A stretch of 53,500 bases of DNA from a virus (lineage: Duplodnaviria > Caudoviricetes): the IMG/VR virus record IMGVR_UViG_3300028840_003032, positions 1 through 53,500 of that record, one strand, 5' to 3'. How positions within the stretch are numbered: the first letter of the stretch is position 1; each line of letters opens with the position of its first letter. A program made the position numbers and the translations under genes. Below are positions 28,377 to 37,600 of the stretch, piece after piece. The notes under the pieces are model-generated. The model ran no database searches. It was not told the origin of the DNA and saw only the letters and a program-made list of their open reading frames with translations.

Positions 28377-28477
28377 CCGGATGTTATCCCCACATCCGGC
28401 TTTGCCTCCCTCTCCACGGGCACCTCGCCGCACGGCGGTAGGATTTGGACTCCCCTGCCGTCGTGCGGCCCTTTTTT
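28377..28477 (+). ncRNA. Candidate 3'UTR-derived small RNA: three hairpins with C-rich anti-SD loops
   Basis: Stems 28377-84/28392-99 (loop UAUCCCC), 28403-07/28418-22 (loop CCCUCUCCAC) and 28427-42/28454-69 (loop AUUUGGACUCC). Confidence 0.55.
28427..28477 (+). terminator. Rho-independent terminator of early operon 1
   Basis: 16-bp GC-rich stem (two G-U pairs) followed by CC and a U6 run. Confidence 0.8.
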
Positions 28478-28490
28478 ATCCTGAGAGGCT

Positions 28491-29453
28491 ATGAAGAGAG
28501 TAGTCATCGTTGGAGGCGGTATATCCGGCCTCATTTGTTCCTACGTCTTTCGCAAACGCAAAGACGTTCGAACGACTATCTTGGAGCCCAATCGAATAGG
28601 AGGCGAGTTCATCGCGGGCGGTTTGAAGTACATCCATCGAACGGACGCGATGGCGAGTATGCTCATCGACCTGGGATTGATCTTCTCCAACTACGTTACC
28701 CGTGGAGGCATACTGCTTCGCGGGAAGGTGCTCCCGTATCCCAAGTGTTTGAGGAGCATGGAAACCGAAGAGGCGAGACGCATCCAGGACGATCATTATC
28801 GCAAGACGCGATTAGCCGAACCGGGGAAGCATTCGGCAAGAGCGATGAACGACCCCGCAAGCACGAAACCGCGAAAGGCGTTGCGCACGGATTTCGTCTC
28901 ACTCATCGAGTCGTTGGCGGCGGGAAACGAGTTCATCCGACTCCCGTTGAAAAGCGTAATGAGGCACGCGGTTATCTTGGGAGACGGAAGGCTCATCCCG
29001 TATGATTACCTTGTGATGACGATTCCCCTATGGGCGATTCGTCGGTGCGTTGATTGGTACGTCCCTCACGGCATCGCGATGAAGCTGAACATCGTTAACA
29101 TGGCCCCACGGCGCGATAGGTTCGCAAAGTGGGATTACGTTTACACCCCCTACACTCCGGAAAACGCGGTCCACCGCTTCTCAATTCAGGACGCTGGGTA
29201 CGCAGTCGAAGTGAACGGCGAATTGGATATGGATAGGGTCGCCGGGGACTTGAACTTCATCTTCAGTAGCGGGTGGGCGATACGGAATATCCAACGCGAC
29301 TTGAAGGGGCATTTGCTTCCGTTGAAAGAGAAGACGGAATGGCCGTCCAACGTCGCTCCCATCGGACGGTTCGCGCAATGGGATTCGCGGATCACGGCGG
29401 ACGTTACCCTTGAGGACGCGGAGAAGCTAGCCAGGAGGTGGTTCGGTGGATAG
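28491..29453 (+). CDS. FAD-dependent oxidoreductase, UDP-galactopyranose-mutase-like fold
   Basis: Rossmann 'VVIVGGGISGL', 'YDYLVMTIPL' and C-terminal 'IGRFAQWD'. Confidence 0.7.
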   Translation: MKRVVIVGGGISGLICSYVFRKRKDVRTTILEPNRIGGEFIAGGLKYIHRTDAMASMLIDLGLIFSNYVTRGGILLRGKVLPYPKCLRSMETEEARRIQDDHYRKTRLAEPGKHSARAMNDPASTKPRKALRTDFVSLIESLAAGNEFIRLPLKSVMRHAVILGDGRLIPYDYLVMTIPLWAIRRCVDWYVPHGIAMKLNIVNMAPRRDRFAKWDYVYTPYTPENAVHRFSIQDAGYAVEVNGELDMDRVAGDLNFIFSSGWAIRNIQRDLKGHLLPLKEKTEWPSNVAPIGRFAQWDSRITADVTLEDAEKLARRWFGG

Positions 29454-30387
29454 GTGGGAGGAGATTTTCAAGCTTCAAGCGGCGCAGCAGGAGTCGTTCG
29501 GGATGGGTCCCCAGGAACTATCCCCGGTGGCCCGTTCGGAGGTAGCGAACCACCTATGCCTGGGGTTATACGAAGAAGCCGCAGAGCTTGCTCGTACAGC
29601 TGTTAGATTCAAGCGTCATCTACTACGCACGCCGCCCGTAGACCACAGCGAGGTCGTGGAAGAGGCGGCAGACGTCGTGAAATACGTGGTGGCGATAGCC
29701 CAACTCCACGGAATCGACGCAGAAAGCCTATTCTCGGCAATCCTTCGTAAGACCGATGTGGTGAAGGACCGGGCGGAAGGCGAGCAACTGGAACTGACCC
29801 GCGATAGTCGGATCATCCTCGTGGACTTGGACGGTTGCGTGGCCGACTTAGGACCGCTGGAGACGCTCACGGACGGGCGCCCCATCGAAGAGAAAGAGCG
29901 AATCAAAAAGGACTTCCGGCGCCGTGGGGGATTCCGGGACTTGCCCGTGGTGGAAGGAGCGCAAGAGGGATTAGCCGAATTGCGGCGCAACGGCTACAGG
30001 ATAGCGTTCGTCACCGCACGTCCCTACCGGCAGCACAAGAGACTCTACGCCGACACGGTCGAATGGTTGAGAATGAACGACATCGAGTATGAGCTACTTC
30101 TCTTTCAAAGGGATAAGGCGGAAGCACTCGTGGACTACATCTTCCCAGCGCGGCCGATATGCTTCATCGAAGACCGGGAGAAGCACGCATTGGAGATCAT
30201 CGCGACGGGAACCCACGTGTTGCTCCTCGATAGGAAGATGGATGGGCCGGTTCGCGTTTCGGACGGTCCGTTGATTACGAGAGTTTGGAACTGGGAAGGG
30301 ATACTCAATTGGGTGGAGAGCCAAGGAGAACGAAATGAACCCCGAACCGAAAGTGACGTTGGTAACGTGGACGAAGAATCCGCTTGA
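29446..30387 (+). CDS. MazG/all-alpha dNTP pyrophosphatase fused to a HAD 5'(3')-nucleotidase
   Basis: 'GLYEEAAEL...VVEEAADVVKY' (EExxE..ExxD), then 'LVDLDGCVAD', 'FVTARP' and 'FIEDR'. Confidence 0.85.
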   Translation: MDRWEEIFKLQAAQQESFGMGPQELSPVARSEVANHLCLGLYEEAAELARTAVRFKRHLLRTPPVDHSEVVEEAADVVKYVVAIAQLHGIDAESLFSAILRKTDVVKDRAEGEQLELTRDSRIILVDLDGCVADLGPLETLTDGRPIEEKERIKKDFRRRGGFRDLPVVEGAQEGLAELRRNGYRIAFVTARPYRQHKRLYADTVEWLRMNDIEYELLLFQRDKAEALVDYIFPARPICFIEDREKHALEIIATGTHVLLLDRKMDGPVRVSDGPLITRVWNWEGILNWVESQGERNEPRTESDVGNVDEESA

Positions 30388-31315
30388 GACGGTGTACGCC
30401 GTTTGGATGGCGAGTAAGAACGAAGAAGCGTTGATTGATCCGGCGCAGTTGTCCGGCGCCCTCAGGTCGCAATATTCGGAGGTGTCGCCCAACTTACCGT
30501 CTCAAGAAGAAGTCGAGACGCTTTTCAAAGCGGTCATCGCGCAACGTATTCCGATTGGGGAGCACGTTGATTTCGTCTTCGTGATGGAGAACGTTTCGGT
30601 GTCGTGGAGGGAGCAAGCGGTGAGGCACCGCATCGGAGTCGAGATTAGCCCAGAGCGATTGGGCATCGACCTCATCCCGGATTTGGCGAAGTCGAGTTGG
30701 TGGTCGCAGTCGATGCGAATCCAAAACATGGGCGAGTTCGCTAGCAACGGCGCGTATCGTCTCCCGGCGACGGTCAAGGGCCACGGCGAGATCACCGACA
30801 CGTACCACGAGACGATGAAGACGGTCCAAGACGCTTACAACAAGTTGGTGGCGGCGGGAGTCCCGATGGAGGACGCACGTGAACTAATCCCGTTGGGCGC
30901 TCATCATCGCATCTCATGGAAGCTCAACATCGGCGCCCTTCAGCATATCATCGGGAAGCGCGGGTGTTGGATACTTCAATTGGGAATCTGGGGTCCGGTT
31001 ATCCGGGGGATGATAGACGAGTTGGCGACGAAAGTGAATCCCATCTTCCGTGATCTCGTTCGACCTCCTTGCTTGAACGATTCGGACGATGAGCTGCCCT
31101 ACACGGGATGCGTCTATATGGAGGAGTGTCGGCGCCGGTTAACCGGAGACGACGCGCTGCCGCCGTGTCCGATTCATCTCAACTACGAAGGGAAGCACGA
31201 AGAGGGATTGGACCTACACAAACCCGTTCCGATGCTAGCGCAGATGAAAGAACGCGCAAAGCAATACGAGAAATTCTGGGGGAGAAATCCATACACAGGA
31301 GAGAAGATCAAATGA
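30335..31315 (+). CDS. thyX: Flavin-dependent thymidylate synthase (ThyX)-like protein, atypical motif
   Basis: 'EHVDFVF..ENVS...EQAVRHR' ... 'SQSMR', 'GVPMEDARELIP' and a Cys-rich C-terminus. Confidence 0.8.
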   Translation: MNPEPKVTLVTWTKNPLETVYAVWMASKNEEALIDPAQLSGALRSQYSEVSPNLPSQEEVETLFKAVIAQRIPIGEHVDFVFVMENVSVSWREQAVRHRIGVEISPERLGIDLIPDLAKSSWWSQSMRIQNMGEFASNGAYRLPATVKGHGEITDTYHETMKTVQDAYNKLVAAGVPMEDARELIPLGAHHRISWKLNIGALQHIIGKRGCWILQLGIWGPVIRGMIDELATKVNPIFRDLVRPPCLNDSDDELPYTGCVYMEECRRRLTGDDALPPCPIHLNYEGKHEEGLDLHKPVPMLAQMKERAKQYEKFWGRNPYTGEKIK

Positions 31316-32523
31316 GTAAGCGAGTCATCGTTTTGGGAGGAGACGGATTCTGCGGTTGGCCCACGGCGCTTCATTTATCCGAGCAGGGTATGGAGGTCGC
31401 CATCCTCGACAACTTCGTGAGGCGGCAATACGACTTCGAACTGGGTTGTGAGTCCGCTACTCCGATTGCGTCGCTTGCGACGCGCCTCGATGCGTACCGG
31501 GAAAGAAGCGGGAAGGAGATCAAAGCATATGTGGCGAATATGCTCGATGCCGAAAGGCTCAAAGCGATTCTCCAGGACTTCGGACCGGACGCCGTGGTCC
31601 ATTTCGCAGAGCAACGCGCCGCCCCATACTCGATGATCGATAGGCGGCACGCCGTCTACACCCAACGCAACAACGTGCTGGGGACGTTGAATTTGATCTA
31701 CGCTATTCAAGACGTTGCGCCCGATTGCCACCTCATCAAGCTAGGAACGATGGGCGAATACGGAACGCCGAACATCGACATCGAAGAGGGGTGGCTCAAC
31801 GTCGAGCACAACGGCCGGAAGGACCGGGTGTTGTATCCGAAGTCCCCAGGCTCCTGGTACCATCTCTCCAAAGTCCACGACTCGGCAAACCTCGAATTCG
31901 CTTGCCGCATCTACGGTCTCAGGGTCACCGACCTCAATCAAGGAGTCGTCTATGGGGCCACGACTCCGGAGATAAAAGTGGCGCAAGACGAACGCTTGGT
32001 GAACCGTCTCGACTATGACGGGACTTTCGGAACGGCGCTCAATCGGTTCTGCGTCCAAGCCGTGCTCGATATTCCTCTCACCGTGTACGGGACGGGCAAG
32101 CAGACGAGAGCATTCATCAACATCGTCGATACCGTGCGATGTATTCGCATCGCGGTAGACAACCCGGCCAAGCGTGGAGAGTTTAGAGTCTTCAATCAAT
32201 TCACCGAACAGTGGAGCGTGATGGCGCTGGCGGAATTGGTCCGCAAGGTAGGTCGGGAACGTTTCGGAAGAGAGGTCCACATCGCGCAACTCGAAAACCC
32301 GCGCATCGAAAAGGAAGAGCATTACTACAACGCCAAGAATACGGAGTTGCCCGCGTTGGGTCTCGACCCTTACTTGCTAACCGAGGACGTGGTCCATTCC
32401 ATCATGCGGCACTGCTTGTTGTATAAGACTCGTTGCGACCCGCAAGTCGTGAAGACCGGCGTGAAGTGGAAGGAGACGGACAACGCGGCGCTTTCCGGAT
32501 TCGTAGCAAGGAGAGGCTCATGA
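31312..32523 (+). CDS. sqdB: UDP-sulfoquinovose synthase (SqdB/SQD1/Agl3 family)
   Basis: Family-specific strings GGDGFCGWPTALHLS, HFAEQRAAPYSM, HLIKLGTMGEYGTPNIDIEEG, YHLSKVHDS, DLNQGVVYG and FRVFNQFTE. Confidence 0.9.
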   Translation: MSKRVIVLGGDGFCGWPTALHLSEQGMEVAILDNFVRRQYDFELGCESATPIASLATRLDAYRERSGKEIKAYVANMLDAERLKAILQDFGPDAVVHFAEQRAAPYSMIDRRHAVYTQRNNVLGTLNLIYAIQDVAPDCHLIKLGTMGEYGTPNIDIEEGWLNVEHNGRKDRVLYPKSPGSWYHLSKVHDSANLEFACRIYGLRVTDLNQGVVYGATTPEIKVAQDERLVNRLDYDGTFGTALNRFCVQAVLDIPLTVYGTGKQTRAFINIVDTVRCIRIAVDNPAKRGEFRVFNQFTEQWSVMALAELVRKVGRERFGREVHIAQLENPRIEKEEHYYNAKNTELPALGLDPYLLTEDVVHSIMRHCLLYKTRCDPQVVKTGVKWKETDNAALSGFVARRGS

Positions 32524-33665
32524 GCTACTTGATGGACACAATCGAATTCCGCGAACGAAAGATCATCGGCGGGGACGGCGCATACCTGATCGACGAAGAC
32601 GGGAACCGGCTATTGGACTTTCACTCCGATACCGGCGCATCGGCGTTGGGGTACAATCACGCGGCCGGTCGTGGGGCGCTCGCATCGATGCTCGGCAACG
32701 AGATTCCTATCCACTCCATCAACTTGTACCCGTTCAAAGAGAGGGAAGAAACGGCCGAAGGACTTTGCGAGGCGACGGATATGGACCGCGTGTTCTTCTG
32801 TAACAGCGGAACGGAAGCGGTGGAGGCGTGTATCAAACTTGCTCGCCTCCACCAGCATCGTCACGGCGGGGGACGCAACGGGATTTGGACGTTGAGAAAA
32901 GGATTTCACGGGCGCACGTACGCATCGATGCGAGCGACGGACGGACCGCCATACCACACCGAAGGATTCGGCCCACACCTTGAGGAGTTCTATCGATGGG
33001 ATTGGGACGACATCGGGGCGATAGATAAGAACGCCGCTGCGGTGCTGATGTCGCCCGTTCTCGGTCATCACGACGTAATGCCGTACACCCAAGACCAACT
33101 TCAGTCGATTCGAGACTATTGCGACCGGCACGGCATCCTCCTAATCTTCGATGAAGTCCAAAGCGGTAGTGGGAGGACGGGCGCGTGGCTTTACGCGCAG
33201 AAGGTAGGAGTGATGCCCGACATCGCGGCGCTGGGGAAGGGAATTGCTTGCGGGTTCCCTGCTGCGGCGTGTCTTGCGCGGGGAGACGTTGCGGATACCT
33301 TCACTCCAGGAACCCACTACAGTACCTTCGGAGGGAGCCCAGCATCGTGCGTCTTCATCAACGCGATGCTCGACTACATGACGCCCGGTTTCCTCAAGGG
33401 CGTGGAGCATCGCGGAAAGTACGCGATGGACCTGATGTACTCGTTGGGGTGGTTCAACGAGGTAATCGGGGAAGGTCTTATGATCGCGGGTTACTCCGAC
33501 GTGGACGCAAGGGAGTTCGCCAAGCGTTGCGAGAAAGAGGACTTGATAATTGGAGCGTGGAGAGTTAACCCCATCCGCGTTTCGCCCGTCCTCGACATCC
33601 CCTATGAAGACATCGAAAAGGGAATTGAAATAATGGACCGCGTGTATCGGGAGATGACGCGATGA
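32520..33665 (+). CDS. Class-III PLP aminotransferase (ArgD/acetylornithine-type fold)
   Basis: 'FFCNSGTEAVE', 'FHGRT', 'LIFDEVQSGSGRTG', 'PDI..LGKG' and 'HYSTFGGSP'. Confidence 0.9.
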   Translation: MSYLMDTIEFRERKIIGGDGAYLIDEDGNRLLDFHSDTGASALGYNHAAGRGALASMLGNEIPIHSINLYPFKEREETAEGLCEATDMDRVFFCNSGTEAVEACIKLARLHQHRHGGGRNGIWTLRKGFHGRTYASMRATDGPPYHTEGFGPHLEEFYRWDWDDIGAIDKNAAAVLMSPVLGHHDVMPYTQDQLQSIRDYCDRHGILLIFDEVQSGSGRTGAWLYAQKVGVMPDIAALGKGIACGFPAAACLARGDVADTFTPGTHYSTFGGSPASCVFINAMLDYMTPGFLKGVEHRGKYAMDLMYSLGWFNEVIGEGLMIAGYSDVDAREFAKRCEKEDLIIGAWRVNPIRVSPVLDIPYEDIEKGIEIMDRVYREMTR

Positions 33666-34207
33666 TACTACTCTTCGAAGGCGTGAACGGAGTCGGAAAG
33701 ACGACCTACATTCGCCAAGTAGAGAAGCGGACCGGGTGGCCCGCATATAGCGCCTTCCGGGGAAGGGCCAACAAGTACGATTCCGCGATGCTCGAAAAGC
33801 TCTCACGGTTGGGCGTCCCCGTTAACACCTTCGTGGACGAGATGTACATGACGGACTTGGTCCGTTCACTTGGGCTCAACATCATAGTGGACCGTTCATT
33901 TCCTTCCGCAGTAGCCTACGATCAGGTGTACGGCCAAGGGACGTTCGTTGATGTAGAAGAGACGGCCAAAATTTGGTTAGACCTCGTGCGGGAAGCGGGG
34001 ATGCTATACGTTTGGTTGCGGGCGCCTTACGAAGTCGCGCACGCAAGGTGTACGGGCGTTCGTATCGGTGAAGACGAATCGGAGGCGCTTGAGGAGCATT
34101 ATCGATATTGGTATGATCGCTTGTGCGTCGAGAAGATGATGATTGATACGTCGCTGCTAGACGTAGCGGAAGGTGTAGAAAGAGTTTGCCGAGCCTTGAA
34201 GAAATAA
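33662..34207 (+). CDS. dNMP (thymidylate-like) kinase
   Basis: 'ILLFEGVNGVGKTT' P-loop and 'IIVDRSFPSAVAY' dTMP-kinase motif. Confidence 0.8.
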   Translation: MILLFEGVNGVGKTTYIRQVEKRTGWPAYSAFRGRANKYDSAMLEKLSRLGVPVNTFVDEMYMTDLVRSLGLNIIVDRSFPSAVAYDQVYGQGTFVDVEETAKIWLDLVREAGMLYVWLRAPYEVAHARCTGVRIGEDESEALEEHYRYWYDRLCVEKMMIDTSLLDVAEGVERVCRALKK

Positions 34208-34659
34208 GAGAGTGGCTGCGCGGCAAGCGCGTGAACGGTTTACCGGACCGCAAGGGCAAATGGGACCTTCCGGGAGACGGCGTGAAGCGTCGCAAGGGCG
34301 TAGACATCGGCAAGATGGAAGATGCGACCGAAGCGATGAGGAAGTTCGGAAACGCGGCGATGAGAGCGAAGTACAAGATCAACGCCGATGGGGACGATGC
34401 CGTGCTACTCTTCGGAAAGCACAGCGGCAAAAGGGTTTCCGCGTTAGCAAAGGGTTATCCGGATTATTTGAGGTGGCTTCTCCAGCAAGACTTCCCCGAA
34501 GACCTCGTTGAGATAGTGAAGTACCGACTCCAGAAGCGATACGCGCCCGGTTCAATTCGATTCGAAGCGTTCACAGGGACGGGGAAACCTCCAGAACATT
34601 TCAACGCTCGTTGTAAGGTGGTCACCGAAGACGACTTGGAAGAAGATGAAAAAGAGTAA
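34186..34659 (+). CDS. Protein with an exonuclease-X C-terminal-like (DUF3820-like) module
   Basis: 'LLFGKHSGKRV..LAKGYPDYLRWLL'. Confidence 0.6.
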   Translation: MPSLEEIREWLRGKRVNGLPDRKGKWDLPGDGVKRRKGVDIGKMEDATEAMRKFGNAAMRAKYKINADGDDAVLLFGKHSGKRVSALAKGYPDYLRWLLQQDFPEDLVEIVKYRLQKRYAPGSIRFEAFTGTGKPPEHFNARCKVVTEDDLEEDEKE

Positions 34660-37600
34660 GAAGAAAAAGAAGAAGCGCAAGGAAGATTTCGTACACCTCC
34701 ACGTCCATAGCGATATGAGCCAACTCGATGGGTGCGGCAAGATAGCGGACTATGTAGAGACGGCCGCGAAGAGGGGAGCACCGGCCGTTGCTTTCACCGA
34801 GCACGGGACGATGCGAGGCTACCACGCCGCCCATACCGCTTGCGAGGAGCACGACATCAAAGCGATTCACGGCGTTGAGTTCTACGTCGCAAACGATATG
34901 AAGCGCAAGGGCCTCACGGCGGAAGAGAAAGAGGAGATCACCAAAGGACTAAAGACAGCGGAGAAGAAAGTGGCCATCCGAGAATACGAACAGCGTCATG
35001 GTATTCGGGACCGATGGCATCTTACCGTTTGGGCGAAAGATAACGTGGGATTGAAGAACCTATTCAAATTGACGAGCGCATCTTACATGGACGGGTTCTA
35101 CTACAAACCGCGCATCGACATCCCGACCCTTTTGGAGTACGGGGACGGTCTCATCGTAGCGACGGGGTGCCAGTCCAGCTCCGTGTACGACCGGGCCATC
35201 AACGGGAAGCGCAAGCAAGCGTTCGCAGAGGCGGAACGTTTGCGCGAAAGGTTCGGAGAAGACTTGTGGCTGGAGATACAGCCGCACGCGATGGAAGACC
35301 AAGTCGTTGCGAACAAATTCGCGATGGAATTGAAAGAGCGTTGGGGCCATCACGCTCGTCTCCTAGCTACTCAGGACGCGCATTATGTCGAACCGACCGA
35401 CGCAGTCCATCAAGAAGTCCTCTTGTGCATCGGAACGAATGACGTGATGTCGAACCCGGACCATTTCAAATTCGATTTGGACGAGTTCTATTTCAAGACG
35501 CGCAAGCAGATGAGAGAGACGTTTTTGGAGCATCACTCCTACATGGGGAAGAAAGCGATCAAGGAAGCGCTGGACGGGACGATGCTTTTGTCGGAGATGG
35601 TCGGAGCGAAAGTGAACATCGACTATCACGCAGCGCTTCTTCCCGATGTAGAGATACCTCCTGAGCATCGGAACGAATGGAGGTACTTGAAGGCACTTTG
35701 CTTCGAAGGGTGGCTATGGAGAGACCTGAACGAGCGCATCGCGAAAGTAGCGCAACGCCGGGGAGAGAACGTTGAGAGGACGCGCCGTGAGTACAAGGAC
35801 CGCTTGATGTACGAATTGAACGCCCTCAAGCGGCAGAAGTTCATCCGATACTTTCTCATGGTACACGACATCTATCGCTTTGCGCGTGAGAATCGAATCA
35901 TGTGCGGCCCTGGGCGCGGTTCGGTTTCGGGAAGTCTCGTTTCATTTCTCTTGGGGCTAACGTCCGTTGATCCTATCGAGCACGGCCTCATCTTCGAACG
36001 GTTCATCAATCCGGACCGTGTTGATATGCCGGACGTGGATATGGATTTCGAAGACGGGCGCCGCCAAGAGATCATCCAATACTTGCGCGACAAATATGGG
36101 GAGAGTCGCGTGGCCCAGATAGCCACCGTGACGAAGTTAACCGGGAAGCAATGCCTCAAGGACGTGAGCCGCGTTCTGGAAGTCCCCTATGCGGACGTGA
36201 ATGAGGTAACGAATAGTATCATCGAGCGCTCAAGCGGCGATGAACGCGCCAGCCAAACCATCGAGGACTCGTTCAAGGACTTCAAGGTGTGTCGCGAGTT
36301 CAATAAAAAATATCCGGATGTTCTCAAGCACGCAAAGCGTTTAGAGGGACTTGCGAAGAACCTCGGCATACACGCGGCAGGAGTAGTAGTTGCGCCGTCT
36401 GATGTCGAAGAATACGTCCCATTGGAGGTACGGAAGAAAGACGGGAAGGACATCGTGGTCACGGCGCTCGATATGCACGGCGTCTCCGCTATGGGTTTAG
36501 TGAAGCTCGATGTATTGGGCTTGCGGACCCTCACCGTGTTACGCAATTGCTTAGACGCCGTTGAGGAGCGCCACGGACTCGATATTGATTTGGAATCGGA
36601 CGTTGAGTTGAACGACAAGGACGTGCTCGACCTCTTCACCGATCACGAGTATGTAGGTATCTTCCAATATGATACTCCCGGCGCCGACAAGATTTGTTCG
36701 GGCGTGAACTTCGAATCGTTTGAAGACGTCGCAGCGATGACCGCGTTGAACCGTCCGGGAACGGCGCGCAGCGGGTTGGCCGGTCGATACGTTGAGAGGA
36801 AGAAAGACCCATCTAAGGTAGGTGAGGACGCCTTCCATCCGAAGGTAACTGAGCTCACCTCCGATACGTTGGGCATCATCGTCTATCAAGAGCACGTGAT
36901 TAAAATCTTCACAGAGATAGCCGGGTTTGCTCCCGGCACGGCCGATTCGTTACGCAAGTCCATCGCGAAGAAGTATGGAGACGAGACCATCGGGAAGGAG
37001 CGAACGAACTTCATCAAAGGCGCGATGGAGAAAACCGGGATGAGCGAGAAAGAAGCGGCCAAGATAATGGACGCAATCACGTTCTTCGGTTCCTACGGTT
37101 TCAACAAGAGCCACGCAACCGCATACGGCATCATCGCCTATTGGGGGATGTGGCTCAAGAAATACTACCCCATCGAGTTCTACTGGTCGATGCTAAAGAA
37201 CGAACCGAACCGCATCCGCATACAGCAGGTCGCCAAGGACGCGAAGAAGCACGGCATCCAGTTACTCCCACCGGACGTCTCCGTCAGTAGGAGCGACTTT
37301 GCCATCGACCCTAACCCCAAGCTCAAAGCAATTCGCGGTAGCCTAGTGGACATCAAAGGCGTTGGGAAGAAAGCGGCGGAAACGATAATGGCGAACCAGC
37401 CATACACGAGCTTCACCGACTTCGTCAAGCGGGTCGATAGGAGGAAATGCCACAAGGGCGTCGTGCTCGCCTTGGCGAAGTCCGGAGCGCTGGACTCGTT
37501 CGTTCCGAACGTCAGGTGGCTAGTCGAGAACATAGAAACTTTTTGGGGCGACGTAGGGAAGGGAGAAGCGGCAGAGAAGCAAATCCGGAAGTTGTTGCGG

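Noticed and set aside
28377-28469. Minus-strand CsrB/RsmZ-like sponge (loops would read GGGGAUA, GUGGAGAGGG, GGAGUCCAAAU)
   Set aside because: The stems contain G-U pairs that become A-C mismatches on the minus strand, and the U-tract is on the plus strand. Disfavoured, though not formally excluded.
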